64,000 nucleotides of DNA, from sequence record PP175015.1. One strand, written 5' to 3'. Under the pieces are notes generated by a model that worked only from the letters and a program-made list of their open reading frames with translations, did no database searches and was not told the DNA's origin. Shown in pieces: positions 1-10,852 of the stretch. Every line of letters begins with the position of its first letter. Position 1 is the stretch's first letter. Source of the stretch: Escherichia phage UE-S5a. The translations under genes were made by a program, and so were the position numbers.

Positions 1-59
1 GTGTACATAAGGATATATTCGGCAAGGACGCCATTAACCAGAAAAACAAAGAGGTTCTT

Positions 60-2414
60 ATGAACGAAATGTTCTCACAAGGTGGTAAAGGCTCCACTGG
101 TATTCTTACCAACAAACAAGCCATTGCCCGTAAGTTTGGTGTTAAGCAGAATGAGGTTGTTTACTTTGCTGTAGGTGTAGACTTAGGGGAATACAAGGTC
201 ATTTATGATAAGACTACCCAGCGAGCTTACTCATTACCTGCAGACCTTGGTTCAGGGGTTACTGCTGTAAGCCTTAATACTGCCGGTGTGTTAGTTCACT
301 CTACTGGTAATGTTGACCTGGGTGCACTAGCTGTTTCACGAGGAGAGTTTATAACAGTCCCTGGGTCCTTCTCTTTGGGTTATGAGATTAAAGTAAAGAA
401 TGAATGTCTTGAATACCAGGGTGGGTTGTATCGATGGGATGGCGCACTGCCAAAGGTTGTAGATGCTGGGTCTGTTCCTGATATTGGTACAGGAAAGTGG
501 CTGAGCGTCGGTGATGCAGCCCTGCGCAGCCAGATTTCAGACCCGGATGGTGCGTCCAGTTACCCTGAATTGCAGATGGCAAGATGGCGTGATGAGGGTG
601 ATGTTCGAGGCTGGGGTGCTAAAGGGGATGGTGTAACAGATAGTACGGAGAATATAGCTGCTTCACTAAATTCTCAAAAAGCTGTCGTAGCATCAGACGG
701 TGTATTCTCTAGTTCTGGTATTAATAGTAATTACTGTAACTTAGACGGTAGAGGCAGTGGTGTACTAAGTCACCGTTCAAGTACAGGTAACTACTTAGTA
801 TTTAACAATCTACGCTCAGGTCGCTTAAGTAATATTACGGTAGAAAGTAATAAGGCGACCGATACCACTCAAGGGCAGCAGGTATCTCTTGCTGGTGGCA
901 GTGATGTTACTATAAGTGATGTTAATTTCTCAAACGTTAAGGGCGCTGGTTTCAGTTTAATCACATACCCTAATGATGCACCCTCTGATGGGCTTATGAT
1001 TAAAGGCATTCGAGGTAGCTACTCCGGCTATGCTACTAATAAGGCGGCTGGATGCATACATGCTGATTCCTCGGTTAACTCCCTCATAAATAACGTCATT
1101 GCTAAGAACTACCCTCAGTTCGGGGCTGTAGAACTGAAAGGTACAGCCAGTTATAACATAGTCAGCAATGTTATAGGGGCAGACTGCCAGCATGTAACTT
1201 ACAACGGTACAGAAGGGTCAATAGCTCCCTCTAACAACCTTATCAATGGGGTAGTGGCTAATAATCCTAAATATGCAGCGGTTGTTGCAGGCAAAGGTAG
1301 TACCAACTTAATCTCAGATGTGCTTGTAGATTTCTCAATCTCTGACGCTAGTCAGGCTCACGGTGTTACAGTAGAAGGCTCTGATAACGTAATAAGCAAT
1401 GTGCTTATGTCAGGATGTGATGGTACTAACTCTTTAGGGCAAGCTCAAACTGCTACAATTGCGCGCTTTATAGATACAGCTAATAACAACTATGCGTCTG
1501 TATTTCCTAGCTACAGTGCTACAGGTGTTATTACTTTCGAATCAGGTTCTACCCGTAACTTCGTAGAGGTAAAGCATCCGGGAAGGAGAAACGACCTTCT
1601 CAGTGCTACTGGTACTATTGAAGGTGCAGTTACTATTGACGGCACTAGTAATAGCAACGTAGTGCACGCACCTGCCTTAGGACAGTACATAGGTAGTATG
1701 TCAGGTCGGTTCGAATGGCGGATTAAGTCCATGTCACTTCCGTCAGGCGTTCTTACCTCGGCTGATAAATACAGAATGCTTGGGGATGGTGCTGTGTCAT
1801 TAGCTGTAGGCGGGGGTACTTCTTCTCAAGTTCGCCTATTTACTTCTGATGGTACTTCTCGGAAAGTATCACTCACCAACGGTAACGTGCGTCTTCCTAC
1901 CAGTAGCACAGGTTATTTGCAGTTAGGTTCTGATGCAATGACCCCAGATAGTACTAATACATACGCATTAGGTTCCGCAAGTAGAGCATGGTCTGGCGGT
2001 TTTACTCAATCAGCATTCACTGTTGTCTCAGATGCTAGGGATAAAACAGAGCCTCTTAATATCTCAGATGCTTTACTGGATGCTTGGTCTGAAGTTGACT
2101 TTGTGCAGTTTCAGTACTTGGACAGGATTGAGGAGAAGGGTGCAGACTCAGCCAGATGGCACTTTGGTATCATCGCTCAGCGAGCTAAGGAGGCTTTCGA
2201 ACGTCACGGCATAGATGCACATCGCTATGGCTTCCTGTGCTTCGACAGTTGGGATGATGTATATGAGGAAGATGCCAATGGCTCTCGTAAACTGATTACA
2301 CCAGCAGGTTCCCGCTACGGTATTCGTTACGAGGAAGTACTGATATTAGAAGCTGCGTTGATGCGGCGTACTATTAAGCGTATGCAGGAAGCATTAGCTG
2401 TTATGTCTAAGTGA
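60..2414 (+). CDS. Tail fiber/tailspike with C-terminal intramolecular chaperone (peptidase S74-like) domain; reading frame is open upstream to position 3, so the true start may lie outside the window
   Basis: 784-aa ORF; Gly/Ser/Thr/Asn-rich central region typical of beta-helical receptor-binding proteins; C-terminal VVSDARDKTEP...WHFGIIAQRAKEAFERHG matches the self-cleaving chaperone domain of endosialidase-type fibers; RBS AAAGAGG before ATG at 60. Confidence 0.7.
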   Translation: MNEMFSQGGKGSTGILTNKQAIARKFGVKQNEVVYFAVGVDLGEYKVIYDKTTQRAYSLPADLGSGVTAVSLNTAGVLVHSTGNVDLGALAVSRGEFITVPGSFSLGYEIKVKNECLEYQGGLYRWDGALPKVVDAGSVPDIGTGKWLSVGDAALRSQISDPDGASSYPELQMARWRDEGDVRGWGAKGDGVTDSTENIAASLNSQKAVVASDGVFSSSGINSNYCNLDGRGSGVLSHRSSTGNYLVFNNLRSGRLSNITVESNKATDTTQGQQVSLAGGSDVTISDVNFSNVKGAGFSLITYPNDAPSDGLMIKGIRGSYSGYATNKAAGCIHADSSVNSLINNVIAKNYPQFGAVELKGTASYNIVSNVIGADCQHVTYNGTEGSIAPSNNLINGVVANNPKYAAVVAGKGSTNLISDVLVDFSISDASQAHGVTVEGSDNVISNVLMSGCDGTNSLGQAQTATIARFIDTANNNYASVFPSYSATGVITFESGSTRNFVEVKHPGRRNDLLSATGTIEGAVTIDGTSNSNVVHAPALGQYIGSMSGRFEWRIKSMSLPSGVLTSADKYRMLGDGAVSLAVGGGTSSQVRLFTSDGTSRKVSLTNGNVRLPTSSTGYLQLGSDAMTPDSTNTYALGSASRAWSGGFTQSAFTVVSDARDKTEPLNISDALLDAWSEVDFVQFQYLDRIEEKGADSARWHFGIIAQRAKEAFERHGIDAHRYGFLCFDSWDDVYEEDANGSRKLITPAGSRYGIRYEEVLILEAALMRRTIKRMQEALAVMSK

Positions 2415-2492
2415 GTAATACTGGTACGGTTAGATCAGTAGAGTTGGTTAACAGTAGCCTACGTACTACCAGGCTATTACTTATCTAGGTAT

Positions 2493-2521
2493 AAAACCCC
2501 GCTCAGGCGGGGTTTGTTTTT
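2493..2521. terminator. Bidirectional rho-independent terminator between convergent genes
   Basis: ataaaa-CCCCGC-tcag-GCGGGG-tttgttttt: GC stem flanked by A-run and T-run. Confidence 0.6.
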
Positions 2522-2539
2522 ATCTATTAATAATATTTC

Positions 2540-3166
2540 TTATATAGAGTTTACTGTTTGCATTGCCCTAATTGATACTGCTGTTAGGGTAATTACTTGT
2601 CCTGAGATATTAAACATACCTAACTGAATACCGTCTACCATGAAAGGGTCAGTTGAACCAAGTGTGTAAGTAGCCAGTACGTTATCTCTGTTAGCAATGT
2701 CTGTACCCTGTACTTTAACACTAGCATCTGAACCTACTATCGTAATTCCATTGGTTCGTCTTGTTTGTGTTCTCCATTCCCTTGCTGTACCTGCACCACC
2801 TGCAATAATTCCTGATATACGAACACTGAACATTACCTGGGTATTCCTGGTTCTAATGGGGAACTTAAGATTTCCTTCTTCAATTGTTAGTGCTGCTGTA
2901 CCTCCAGGTGATTTAGTTATCCCTGGTAATGAAAAGTAATTGAACCAGGATTGGTCATTTACTGCCTGGCTCCCGGTCCATGTATACAAGTCCAGAAGAA
3001 ATGTGTCTTCTAACTCTGTTGGTGGGAAAGGTAGTAGTTCTGGGGGGATCTCTGAGATGTTATTAGCAGAAACTATTCGTTCCCCATAACTTCCCACGAC
3101 CAACAATCCCCCCTTCATTTTGCACACAACATCCCTACCACTTTGGAAAATATCTTTAATAGACAT
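2540..3166 (-). CDS. Hypothetical protein encoded antisense to the late module
   Basis: Track ORF 2540..3193; start moved to second ATG (MSIKDIF...) preceded by GAGG at 6 nt; no recognisable motif. Confidence 0.45.
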   Translation of the reverse strand: MSIKDIFQSGRDVVCKMKGGLLVVGSYGERIVSANNISEIPPELLPFPPTELEDTFLLDLYTWTGSQAVNDQSWFNYFSLPGITKSPGGTAALTIEEGNLKFPIRTRNTQVMFSVRISGIIAGGAGTAREWRTQTRRTNGITIVGSDASVKVQGTDIANRDNVLATYTLGSTDPFMVDGIQLGMFNISGQVITLTAVSIRAMQTVNSI

Positions 3167-3290
3167 AGTTACCTCGCAGTTGATACCAGACACTATGTCT
3201 GGATGTATCCCATCATACTAAGTATTATCTAAGAGTCATCTTATGATACGACCCTATTGGGGTTCTTAACTTTACAACTACGGTAATATT

Positions 3291-3620
3291 ATGAATGAAT
3301 CGGGCGAACTGCTTCTAGTCAGACTGGAGGAACGATTGAAGACTCTGTTTGAGAATCAGACGAGAGACAGACAGGACCGTGAGAAACTGGAGGAAACTCT
3401 GGGAGAATTACGGGATTCAATCAATGACATAGGCAATAGACTAAAAAATGTGGAGGATAGCTTAGCTAAGAATGAACCTACTATTGAAGAGTTCATCACC
3501 ATTAAGCATAAAGTTGTTGGTGCTGGAATTTTTGGTAAGTGGGTATGGGCTGGAGCAGGTGCAATTATTGGTGTATTGGCTGCTGCAAGACGGGAGATAT
3601 TCGCATGGTTCGCAGGCTAA
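3291..3620 (+). CDS. Coiled-coil protein with C-terminal transmembrane helix (holin/antiholin-associated candidate)
   Basis: 109 aa; charged coiled-coil N-terminus, C-terminal VVGAGIFGKWVWAGAGAIIGVLAAA; sits at head of lysis cassette. Confidence 0.45.
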   Translation: MNESGELLLVRLEERLKTLFENQTRDRQDREKLEETLGELRDSINDIGNRLKNVEDSLAKNEPTIEEFITIKHKVVGAGIFGKWVWAGAGAIIGVLAAARREIFAWFAG

Positions 3621-3865
3621 AAAGAAAAGTAGAGTTAGTACCTAACTGGAAAAGGTGTTGGAAGTGGGCATCCATTCAGATTAGTACACTTGGTTTAGTT
3701 CTATTTTCCGCTATAGATATTATCCAACCAATGGTGACAGGATTACCTCGTCACATCTTGGAAGATATTCCCCATGGTTCCAATATTGCAATCGCACTGT
3801 TTGCCTTAAACATCATAGGCAGATTAATACGATTCCGACCAAAGGAAGATTCACATGAAAGCTAA
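3605..3865 (+). CDS. Putative class II holin (two TMDs)
   Basis: Start moved to ATG 3605 (GGGAGA 8 nt upstream); 86 aa, basic N-terminus, two hydrophobic helices (ISTLGLVLFSAIDII, IAIALFALNIIGRLI), charged C-terminus; overlaps endolysin start. Confidence 0.5.
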   Translation: MVRRLKRKVELVPNWKRCWKWASIQISTLGLVLFSAIDIIQPMVTGLPRHILEDIPHGSNIAIALFALNIIGRLIRFRPKEDSHES

Positions 3866-4490
3866 ACAGAAACTTGCTGCAAAAGGTGGTGCAGTGGGAG
3901 GGGTTATCGCTGCTATTCTGGGGGCAGTGTTCTATATGGAAGGAGGTTATGTAAACAATCCTCGTGACCCAGGTGGGGAAACTAATCATGGTATTACCCA
4001 ATCAGTAGCTAAGACTCATAAAGAAGTTCTGGCTACTGAGTATGGTTGGGATGGTTCTATGAAGGGTTTATCTAAAGAGATGGCTGCTGAGATATACATT
4101 GATGACTATGTACTTAAACCTAACTTCGTAGCCTTCGCTGATATATCTCCTGCTGTAACGCATAAGCTAGTAGATGCTGGTGTTAATACTGGTGTAACCC
4201 GTCCTGCTAAGTGGTTGCAGATGTCTCTTAATGAAATGTCACGTAATGGCAAAGACTACCCTAAAATACAGGTTGATGGTAAAGTCGGTACAAGTACTGT
4301 TAATGCATATAAAGCATTACAGAAAAAACGGGGCAAAGTTGCAGCATGTCAGGTAATGATTAAGCTGCTTGATGCTAAACAACTGAACCACTATACCTCA
4401 TTAAACATGCCAGACTTTACGTATGGTTGGGTAGCTAACCGAATAGGCAATGTGCCACTGGAGGCATGTAATGAAGATGCTAATCTCTAA
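3855..4490 (+). CDS. Endolysin, N-acetylmuramidase (GH108 domain + peptidoglycan-binding domain), N4 gp61-like
   Basis: N-terminal EGGYVNNPRDPGGETNHGITQ is the GH108 signature; C-terminal region resembles PG_binding_3; RBS AAGGAAG. Confidence 0.8.
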   Translation: MKAKQKLAAKGGAVGGVIAAILGAVFYMEGGYVNNPRDPGGETNHGITQSVAKTHKEVLATEYGWDGSMKGLSKEMAAEIYIDDYVLKPNFVAFADISPAVTHKLVDAGVNTGVTRPAKWLQMSLNEMSRNGKDYPKIQVDGKVGTSTVNAYKALQKKRGKVAACQVMIKLLDAKQLNHYTSLNMPDFTYGWVANRIGNVPLEACNEDANL

Positions 4491-4977
4491 AGGTTGGCCT
4501 TATCTTCTGGTGGTGGTCCTTGGGGCCACCATTTACTTTTGGGGCAATTCCAATGGGCAGTCTACTGTTCAAAAGAAATGGGATGCCCAAAAGGTCGAAG
4601 ACCAAAAGGCAACGCAAAAATTACAGGACAAATACAATGCTCTCCAAAGAAACCATAGTTATGAAGTCGGGTTACTCACTTCCCGGTTGCAGACGGCTGA
4701 GAGTAATTACGCAAGCGAGCTTGCTCGCGTTAGCAGTGATTACGACAGCCGGATGCAACAGTCTGAAAGACGAGCATCGGTATATAAACGTCAAGCCGAA
4801 GCCGGAACCCTTGAGTGCAGAAGTCTTGCAAGCCATGCAGCCAGACTCGACAATAGTCTTGAAGAAGGCAGACGTTTGGTTGAAGAACTCCGGGCAACTG
4901 TTAGACTCCGTGACAGCCAACTAATTGAGTTGGGTAAACAGATTCAGGCTGACCGTAAACTTTTTGAACAGGAATAA
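4471..4977 (+). CDS. i-spanin (Rz-like)
   Basis: Start moved to ATG 4471 (GGAGG 6 nt upstream); N-terminal [24 protein letters not shown] followed by charged coiled-coil region; overlaps endolysin end. Confidence 0.6.
   Translation: MKMLISKGWPYLLVVVLGATIYFWGNSNGQSTVQKKWDAQKVEDQKATQKLQDKYNALQRNHSYEVGLLTSRLQTAESNYASELARVSSDYDSRMQQSERRASVYKRQAEAGTLECRSLASHAARLDNSLEEGRRLVEELRATVRLRDSQLIELGKQIQADRKLFEQE
4661..4924 (+). CDS. o-spanin (Rz1-like lipoprotein) embedded in the +1 frame of the i-spanin gene
   Basis: Track ORF 4520..4924 trimmed to ATG 4661: [32 protein letters not shown] = signal peptide with lipobox-like TAGC, then short Pro-rich mature peptide. Confidence 0.55.
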   Translation: MKSGYSLPGCRRLRVITQASLLALAVITTAGCNSLKDEHRYINVKPKPEPLSAEVLQAMQPDSTIVLKKADVWLKNSGQLLDSVTAN

Positions 4978-4979
4978 CT

Positions 4980-7250
4980 ATGGAACACCAAGACACTTTT
5001 AAGCCTTTACCAGACCCGGCTCAATCAGAGAAGTTAACGGACTGGAAGAAGGAACCAAGTATCCAATTACTGAAGGGTGATTTGGAATCTGCTAAACCTG
5101 CTCACGATGCAATCATGGCACAGATTCGTGAGTGGAATGATTTAATGGAAGTAAAGGGTAAGGCTAAACCCCCAAAGGTTAAGGGACGCTCGCAAGTCCA
5201 GCCTAGACTGGTTCGCCGTCAGGCAGAGTGGCGTTATGCTCCATTGTCTGAACCATTCCTCTCGTCTAACAAACTATTTAAGGTAACTCCGGTTACTTTT
5301 GAAGATGAGTTAGCTGCACGCCAGAATGAGCTAGTTCTTAACTACCAATTCCGTACTCAGCTTAATAAAGTAAAACTGGTAGATGATTACGTGCATAGTG
5401 TCGTAGATGACGGTACTGGTATTGCTCGTATTGGTTGGGAACGTAAGACAGTTAAGATTAAAACAGAAACACCAGTCTTCCAGTTGTACCCAATTGAGAA
5501 CCAGGAACAAGCAGATATTCTTCAGCAGGCTTTGCAGCTTCAGGCAGAGAATCCTCGTGAGTATGATGAAACGATGCCAGAAGATATTAAGGAAGCTGTT
5601 AACTACTTCAATGAAACTGGAGAAGCTACTTATGCAATTCAGACAGGGGTCACTGAAGTAGAAGTAGAAAAAGCACTGGTTAACAGACCTACCGTTGAAA
5701 TGCTTAATCCTAATAACGTAGTTATTGACCCAAGCTGTAATGGTGATTTGGACAAGGCTCTTTATGCAGTCATCTCATTTGAGACTTGTAAAGCAGACCT
5801 CATGAAAAACAAGGACCGTTACCACAACCTGGATAAGATTGACTGGGAAAGTTCCAGTCCTATGACTGACCCAGACCATGAAAGTAAAACTCCAGGTGAC
5901 TTCCAGTTTAAGGATGCACTTCGCAAGAAAGTAATTGCTTATGAGTACTGGGGATTCTACGACATTAACGATGATGGTTCGCTGGAACCAATTGTTGCTA
6001 CCTGGATTGGTTCTACTCTTATTCGTATGGAGAAGAACCCATTCCCAGATGGTAAGTTACCATTGGTAGTTGTTCCTTATATGCCTCGTAAACGTGAACT
6101 CTATGGTGAAGCTGATGCTGAATTGCTAGGAGATAACCAAGCAATTCTTGGTGCAACCATGCGTGGGATGATTGACCTGTTGGGCCGAAGTGCAAATGGT
6201 CAACGTGGTTATCCTAAAGGGATGTTAGATACCCTGAACCGTCGTCGATACGATGATGGACAAGACTACGAATATAACCCAATGCAGGGCAATCCTAGTC
6301 AGGCCATTATGGAACACAAGTTCCCTGAGTTACCCCAGTCGGCAATAGTAATGACTCAGATGCAAAACCAGGAAGCAGAAGCACTAACGGGTGTTAAAGC
6401 ATTCTCGGGTGGTGTAACTGGTGAAGCTTACGGAGATGTAGCTGCTGGTATTCGTGGTGTACTAGATGCAGCATCCAAACGTGAGATGGCAATCCTTCGT
6501 CGATTAGCTAAGGGTATGGCAGACATTGGTACTAAGATTTGTGCAATGAATGCTGTGTTCTTATCTGAGAAAGAAGTAGTACGTATTACTAACGAGCAGT
6601 ACGTAGAGATTAACCGTGAAGACCTTAAAGGTAATTTCGACATTGAAGTTGATATTAATACTGCTGAGATTGATAACCAGAAATCCCAGGACTTGAGCTT
6701 CATGGTTCAAACGTTAGGTAATACGGTTGACCAGACTATTACGTTATCTCTTGTAGCTAAGATTGCAGAACTTAAACGTATGCCAGACCTTGCTCATGAG
6801 TTACGTACATGGCAACCACAACCAGACCCTATGGAAGAACAGCTTAAGCAATTGGCAATTCAGAAAGCACAGCTTGAGAACGAAGAGCTGCAAAGTAAGA
6901 TTGCACTCAATATGGCTAAGGCTAAAGAGGCTGCTTCTAGTGGTGACCTTAAAGATCTGGATTATCTGGAACAGGAATCTGGTACTAAACATGCTCGTGA
7001 CATGGAAAAACAAAAAGCACAATCCCAAGGAAACCAAAACCTTCAGATAACTAAGGCGTTGACAACACCTACTAAAGAAGGTGAAACTACCCCCAACATA
7101 TCTGCTGCTGTTGGATATAACGCTTTGACTAACGGGAACTCTATACCAGAACGTGACTTAGCTGCACAACAAGACCCAGCTTATTCACTTAGTTCCCAAT
7201 TCTATGACCCTAGCCAAGACCCAGCATCGGCTCTTGGCATGAACTTGTAA
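4980..7250 (+). CDS. Portal protein (N4 gp59-like)
   Basis: 756 aa; size and position between lysis cassette and capsid genes match N4 portal; acidic low-complexity C-terminus. Confidence 0.7.
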   Translation: MEHQDTFKPLPDPAQSEKLTDWKKEPSIQLLKGDLESAKPAHDAIMAQIREWNDLMEVKGKAKPPKVKGRSQVQPRLVRRQAEWRYAPLSEPFLSSNKLFKVTPVTFEDELAARQNELVLNYQFRTQLNKVKLVDDYVHSVVDDGTGIARIGWERKTVKIKTETPVFQLYPIENQEQADILQQALQLQAENPREYDETMPEDIKEAVNYFNETGEATYAIQTGVTEVEVEKALVNRPTVEMLNPNNVVIDPSCNGDLDKALYAVISFETCKADLMKNKDRYHNLDKIDWESSSPMTDPDHESKTPGDFQFKDALRKKVIAYEYWGFYDINDDGSLEPIVATWIGSTLIRMEKNPFPDGKLPLVVVPYMPRKRELYGEADAELLGDNQAILGATMRGMIDLLGRSANGQRGYPKGMLDTLNRRRYDDGQDYEYNPMQGNPSQAIMEHKFPELPQSAIVMTQMQNQEAEALTGVKAFSGGVTGEAYGDVAAGIRGVLDAASKREMAILRRLAKGMADIGTKICAMNAVFLSEKEVVRITNEQYVEINREDLKGNFDIEVDINTAEIDNQKSQDLSFMVQTLGNTVDQTITLSLVAKIAELKRMPDLAHELRTWQPQPDPMEEQLKQLAIQKAQLENEELQSKIALNMAKAKEAASSGDLKDLDYLEQESGTKHARDMEKQKAQSQGNQNLQITKALTTPTKEGETTPNISAAVGYNALTNGNSIPERDLAAQQDPAYSLSSQFYDPSQDPASALGMNL

Positions 7251-7263
7251 GGCAGACCTTCAC

Positions 7264-7608
7264 ATGAGTAAAGAATCAACAATCGCTGGACTGGAACATC
7301 GACTGGAAGCTGCTAAAGGTGCAGTTGCACACGCAGAAGATGTACGTAAACTTCTGGAGAATCCACTGTTCCGTAAAGTAATTCTTCGCCAGTTCTGTGT
7401 AGAAGATTGTGCACGTTACGTGCAGGAGTCTGGTGACCCACTGCTTGAACCAAATAACCGTGCAGATGCACTTAACATGGCTCAAGCTGCTGGTCACTTA
7501 CGTCGTTGGCTCGACCTCGCCATTCGTATGGGCGAAAACGAAGCTGACGTTATTCTTCAGGTAGAAGAAGAACTCGATGCAGTTCGTGCTGAACCTGAAG
7601 ATGAATAA
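7264..7608 (+). CDS. Hypothetical head-assembly protein
   Basis: 114-aa ORF tightly packed between portal and scaffold-like gene. Confidence 0.45.
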   Translation: MSKESTIAGLEHRLEAAKGAVAHAEDVRKLLENPLFRKVILRQFCVEDCARYVQESGDPLLEPNNRADALNMAQAAGHLRRWLDLAIRMGENEADVILQVEEELDAVRAEPEDE

Positions 7609-7627
7609 TTAACCGGAGATATTTCCT

Positions 7628-8848
7628 ATGACTACGGAAGCTGCAACCACAGCTTCCGACATTCTCGCAATGTCGGATGATGAGATTCTGAATATGGAAG
7701 CCCCAGCAGTTATCGCTGAGGAAGATACTTCCACTCAGAACAACCCAGAAACCAACGGCGTACAGACTCCTGATGAAGAAGTTGACCCCTCTGCTGTTGA
7801 AGACCTACCAACCGAAGAAACCTCCCCTGAAACCGAACCAGTTGAAGAAGATGCAGCAAATTCTTTAACTTCTGATAAAGTTGATGATAAAGTTGTTGAC
7901 ACAGAAGTTGATAGTAACGGTAAGCCGATTACTAAAGCTGAACCTTCTACTGCTGAACCCGGCCAGGAACAGAAAGAAGAAGGCAAACAGTCTGAAGGTC
8001 TGCCTGCTGACTTCAACTATAAGGAAGGTTATGAGAAGTTGATGGCTCCTTTTAAAGCTAACGGCAAAATGATTACTCCCCGTTCACCGGAGGAGGCCAT
8101 TAGCCTGATGCAGATGGGTGCTAACTATACTCGTAAGATGCAAGAACTTCAGCCGTACCGTAAGGTAATGCTGATGTTACAGAACAACGGTTTAATGGAT
8201 GAGGACAAACTCTCTTTCCTGATTGACCTGGATAAGAAGAATCCTGAGGCCATTAAGAAGTTGCTCAAAGACTCTGGTACAGACCCTCTGGACTTTAACC
8301 CAGATGAGGAAATTAACTACCAGGGTGGCAATCACCGTGTTACCGACACCGAAGCAGATTTTGCAACCGAAATTGACGACTTAAAGTCTACTCAAGAAGG
8401 ACAAGCTACATTAGGTGTTATTGGCTCGACATGGGATGCTGCCAGTAAAGATGCTCTTTATCAGAATCGTGGCTTACTCCATACGATTCACGAACAGCGT
8501 GAGAATGGTATTTATGACACCATTGCTAACGAAGTGAATCGTCTTCAGATGTTAGGTCAGATTCCGGTAGGTACTCCGTTTATTCAGGCTTATAACTACG
8601 TTGGTAATCTCCTTGCACAACAGGGAGCATTTAACCAAGTAGCTAAGCCTGAACCGGTACAAGCAGTTAAACCAGCGGTTCAGCCGGTAGTGCGTGTAGC
8701 ACAACCTAAGCAGACTCTGGCTAACAACGAGCAAGCTAAAGCAGCTTCCCTTAATCGGGCTGCTACACGCAAAGCAACACCTATTGTAAACCCACTCGCC
8801 ATGAGTGATGAAGATTTCGCTAAACTCCCAGTACCGGGTAGTCTTTAA
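7628..8848 (+). CDS. Putative scaffolding protein
   Basis: 406 aa; very acidic Glu/Asp/Pro/Thr-rich N-terminus; immediately upstream of major capsid gene. Confidence 0.5.
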   Translation: MTTEAATTASDILAMSDDEILNMEAPAVIAEEDTSTQNNPETNGVQTPDEEVDPSAVEDLPTEETSPETEPVEEDAANSLTSDKVDDKVVDTEVDSNGKPITKAEPSTAEPGQEQKEEGKQSEGLPADFNYKEGYEKLMAPFKANGKMITPRSPEEAISLMQMGANYTRKMQELQPYRKVMLMLQNNGLMDEDKLSFLIDLDKKNPEAIKKLLKDSGTDPLDFNPDEEINYQGGNHRVTDTEADFATEIDDLKSTQEGQATLGVIGSTWDAASKDALYQNRGLLHTIHEQRENGIYDTIANEVNRLQMLGQIPVGTPFIQAYNYVGNLLAQQGAFNQVAKPEPVQAVKPAVQPVVRVAQPKQTLANNEQAKAASLNRAATRKATPIVNPLAMSDEDFAKLPVPGSL

Positions 8849-8864
8849 ACAGGAATAATACGAT

Positions 8865-10067
8865 ATGTTAAACTATAACGCTCCAATTGACGGTCAGAAA
8901 TCTAGCATTGATGGTGCTGGTTCCGATCAGATGAATACCTTTTACTGGCTGAAGAAAGCTATTATTCAGTCTCGTAAAGACCAGTACTTCATGCCACTGG
9001 CTAACACCATTAACATGCCTAAGAACTATGGTAAGACTGTTAAGGTGTATGAGTACGTTCCACTGCTCGACGATAAGAACATTAACGACCAGGGCATTGA
9101 TGCTAATGGTGCTACCATCGTTAATGGTAACCTGTATGGTTCTTCTAAAGACGTAGGTAACATCACTTCCAAACTGCCTCTGCTGACAGAGAATGGTGGT
9201 CGTGTTAACCGTGTAGGCTTTACCCGTCTGTCTCGTGAAGGCTCCATCCATAAGTTCGGTTTCTTCTACGAATTTACCCAAGAGTCCCTGGACTTTGATT
9301 CTGATGATCAACTGAAAGAACACCTGTCTCGCGAACTGATGAACGGTGCTGTACAGTTGACTGAAGCTGTTCTCCAGAAAGACCTGCTTGCTGCTGCTGG
9401 TACTGTATTGTATGCAGGTGCTGCTACTTCTGATGCTACCATCACCGGTGAAGGTTCTACTCCGTCTGTAGTTTCTTATAAGAACCTGATGCGTCTTGAC
9501 CAGATTCTTACTGAGAACCGTACCCCGACTCAGACTACTATTATCACTGGTTCTAAACTGACTGATACCAAAGTACTTGGTGGTACTCGTGTAATGTACG
9601 TTGGTTCTGAATTGGTTCCAGAACTGAAAGCGATGAAAGATCTGTTCGGTAACAAAGCATTCATCGAAATTCAGCACTATGCTGATGCCGGTACTCTGAT
9701 GAATGGTGAAGTTGGTTGTATCGACAAGTTCCGTATTATCCAGGTTCCTGAGATGCTGCATTGGGCAGGTGCTGGTGCTCAGGCTACTTCTAACCCAGGC
9801 TATCGTTCTACTATGGTTGGTGGTCAGGAACACTACGACGTATTCCCGATGCTGGTAGTTGGTGATGACTCCTTCTCTACCATTGGCTTCCAGACTGATG
9901 GTAAGTCTGTTAAGTTCTCCATCATGACTAAGATGCCTGGTAAAGAAACTGCTGACCGTAATGACCCGTATGGTGAAACTGGCTTCAGTTCTATCAAGTG
10001 GTACTACGGTATCCTGGTTAAACGCCCAGAACGTCTGGCTATGATTAAGACTGTTGCTCCTCTGTAA
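8865..10067 (+). CDS. Major capsid protein (N4 gp56-like)
   Basis: 400 aa; high-usage codons; followed by a strong terminator; position matches N4 MCP. Confidence 0.75.
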   Translation: MLNYNAPIDGQKSSIDGAGSDQMNTFYWLKKAIIQSRKDQYFMPLANTINMPKNYGKTVKVYEYVPLLDDKNINDQGIDANGATIVNGNLYGSSKDVGNITSKLPLLTENGGRVNRVGFTRLSREGSIHKFGFFYEFTQESLDFDSDDQLKEHLSRELMNGAVQLTEAVLQKDLLAAAGTVLYAGAATSDATITGEGSTPSVVSYKNLMRLDQILTENRTPTQTTIITGSKLTDTKVLGGTRVMYVGSELVPELKAMKDLFGNKAFIEIQHYADAGTLMNGEVGCIDKFRIIQVPEMLHWAGAGAQATSNPGYRSTMVGGQEHYDVFPMLVVGDDSFSTIGFQTDGKSVKFSIMTKMPGKETADRNDPYGETGFSSIKWYYGILVKRPERLAMIKTVAPL

Positions 10068-10085
10068 TAGTCCGAAATAAAACAA

Positions 10086-10110
10086 GGGGGACTAATGTCC
10101 CCCTCTTAAT
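10086..10110 (+). terminator. Rho-independent terminator after major capsid gene
   Basis: GGGGGAC-taat-GTCCCCC followed by T-rich tract. Confidence 0.6.
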
Positions 10111-10134
10111 AAAACTGAATGAACCACAGGAAAT

Positions 10135-10776
10135 ATGAACATGAGCATTAACGATAAACCGACCACTGACGTAGAAGTGAACGTACAGGGCAACGAAGAT
10201 ACCGTTAACGATATTGCAATGCCTAGCGAACTTGAAGTTCTTAAGCAACGTGCAACGTTGATGAATATCAAGTTCTCTAACAACATTTCCGTTGAAAAGC
10301 TTCGTGAGAAGATTGAAGCTGCACAAGTAAAAGATGAACCAGTATTAGAAGAAGCTGCCGTTAATCCGCTGGGTGAAAAACAGGAAGCTGGTGTTAAGAA
10401 GATGACTCTTGGTCAAAAGATTCGTGCAGAACAGACTCGACTGATTCGTGTACGTATCCAGAACCTTGACCCTAAGAAGAAAGACCTGCCAGGTGAGATT
10501 ATCACCGTAGCTAACGAATATATGGGTACTGTGCGTAAGTTTGTTCCATTCGGTGAAGTAACCGACAATGGTTATCACATTCCGTATTGTATCTACGAGT
10601 TCCTTAAAGAGCGTAAGTTCATCAACATTACGACCCGTAAAGGTAAGAATGGCTTACCGGATATTCGTGCAACTGAAGCACGAGAGTTCTCCATTGAGGT
10701 ACTGCCTCCGTTGACTGAAGCTGAATTAGCTCAACTAGCTCAGGCACAGATTGCTGCTGGTAGCCTGAACGATTAA
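10135..10776 (+). CDS. Virion-associated protein (N4 gp55-like by position)
   Basis: 213-aa ORF, RBS AGGAAA; assignment by position only. Confidence 0.45.
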   Translation: MNMSINDKPTTDVEVNVQGNEDTVNDIAMPSELEVLKQRATLMNIKFSNNISVEKLREKIEAAQVKDEPVLEEAAVNPLGEKQEAGVKKMTLGQKIRAEQTRLIRVRIQNLDPKKKDLPGEIITVANEYMGTVRKFVPFGEVTDNGYHIPYCIYEFLKERKFINITTRKGKNGLPDIRATEAREFSIEVLPPLTEAELAQLAQAQIAAGSLND

Positions 10777-10797
10777 CGTATAAGCTACAGTTCAACA

Positions 10798-10840
10798 CGG
10801 CTCACTGGGGTAACTCCGTGGGCCGTTTCTTTTTGAACCA
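10798..10840 (+). terminator. Rho-independent terminator
   Basis: CGGCTCAC...GTGGGCCG stem followed by tttcttttt. Confidence 0.5.
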
Positions 10841-10852
10841 AGAGGAATGATT

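Noticed and set aside
4520-4924. 134-aa track ORF as a full-length protein
   Set aside because: The N-terminal 47 residues are a basic frame artefact within the i-spanin gene; only the C-terminal lipoprotein portion from ATG 4661 fits an o-spanin
8868-10085. 405-aa ORF on the minus strand
   Set aside because: Entirely antisense to the major capsid gene; low-complexity translation (Ser/Thr/Asn/Phe-rich), no RBS; typical shadow ORF of a strongly codon-biased gene
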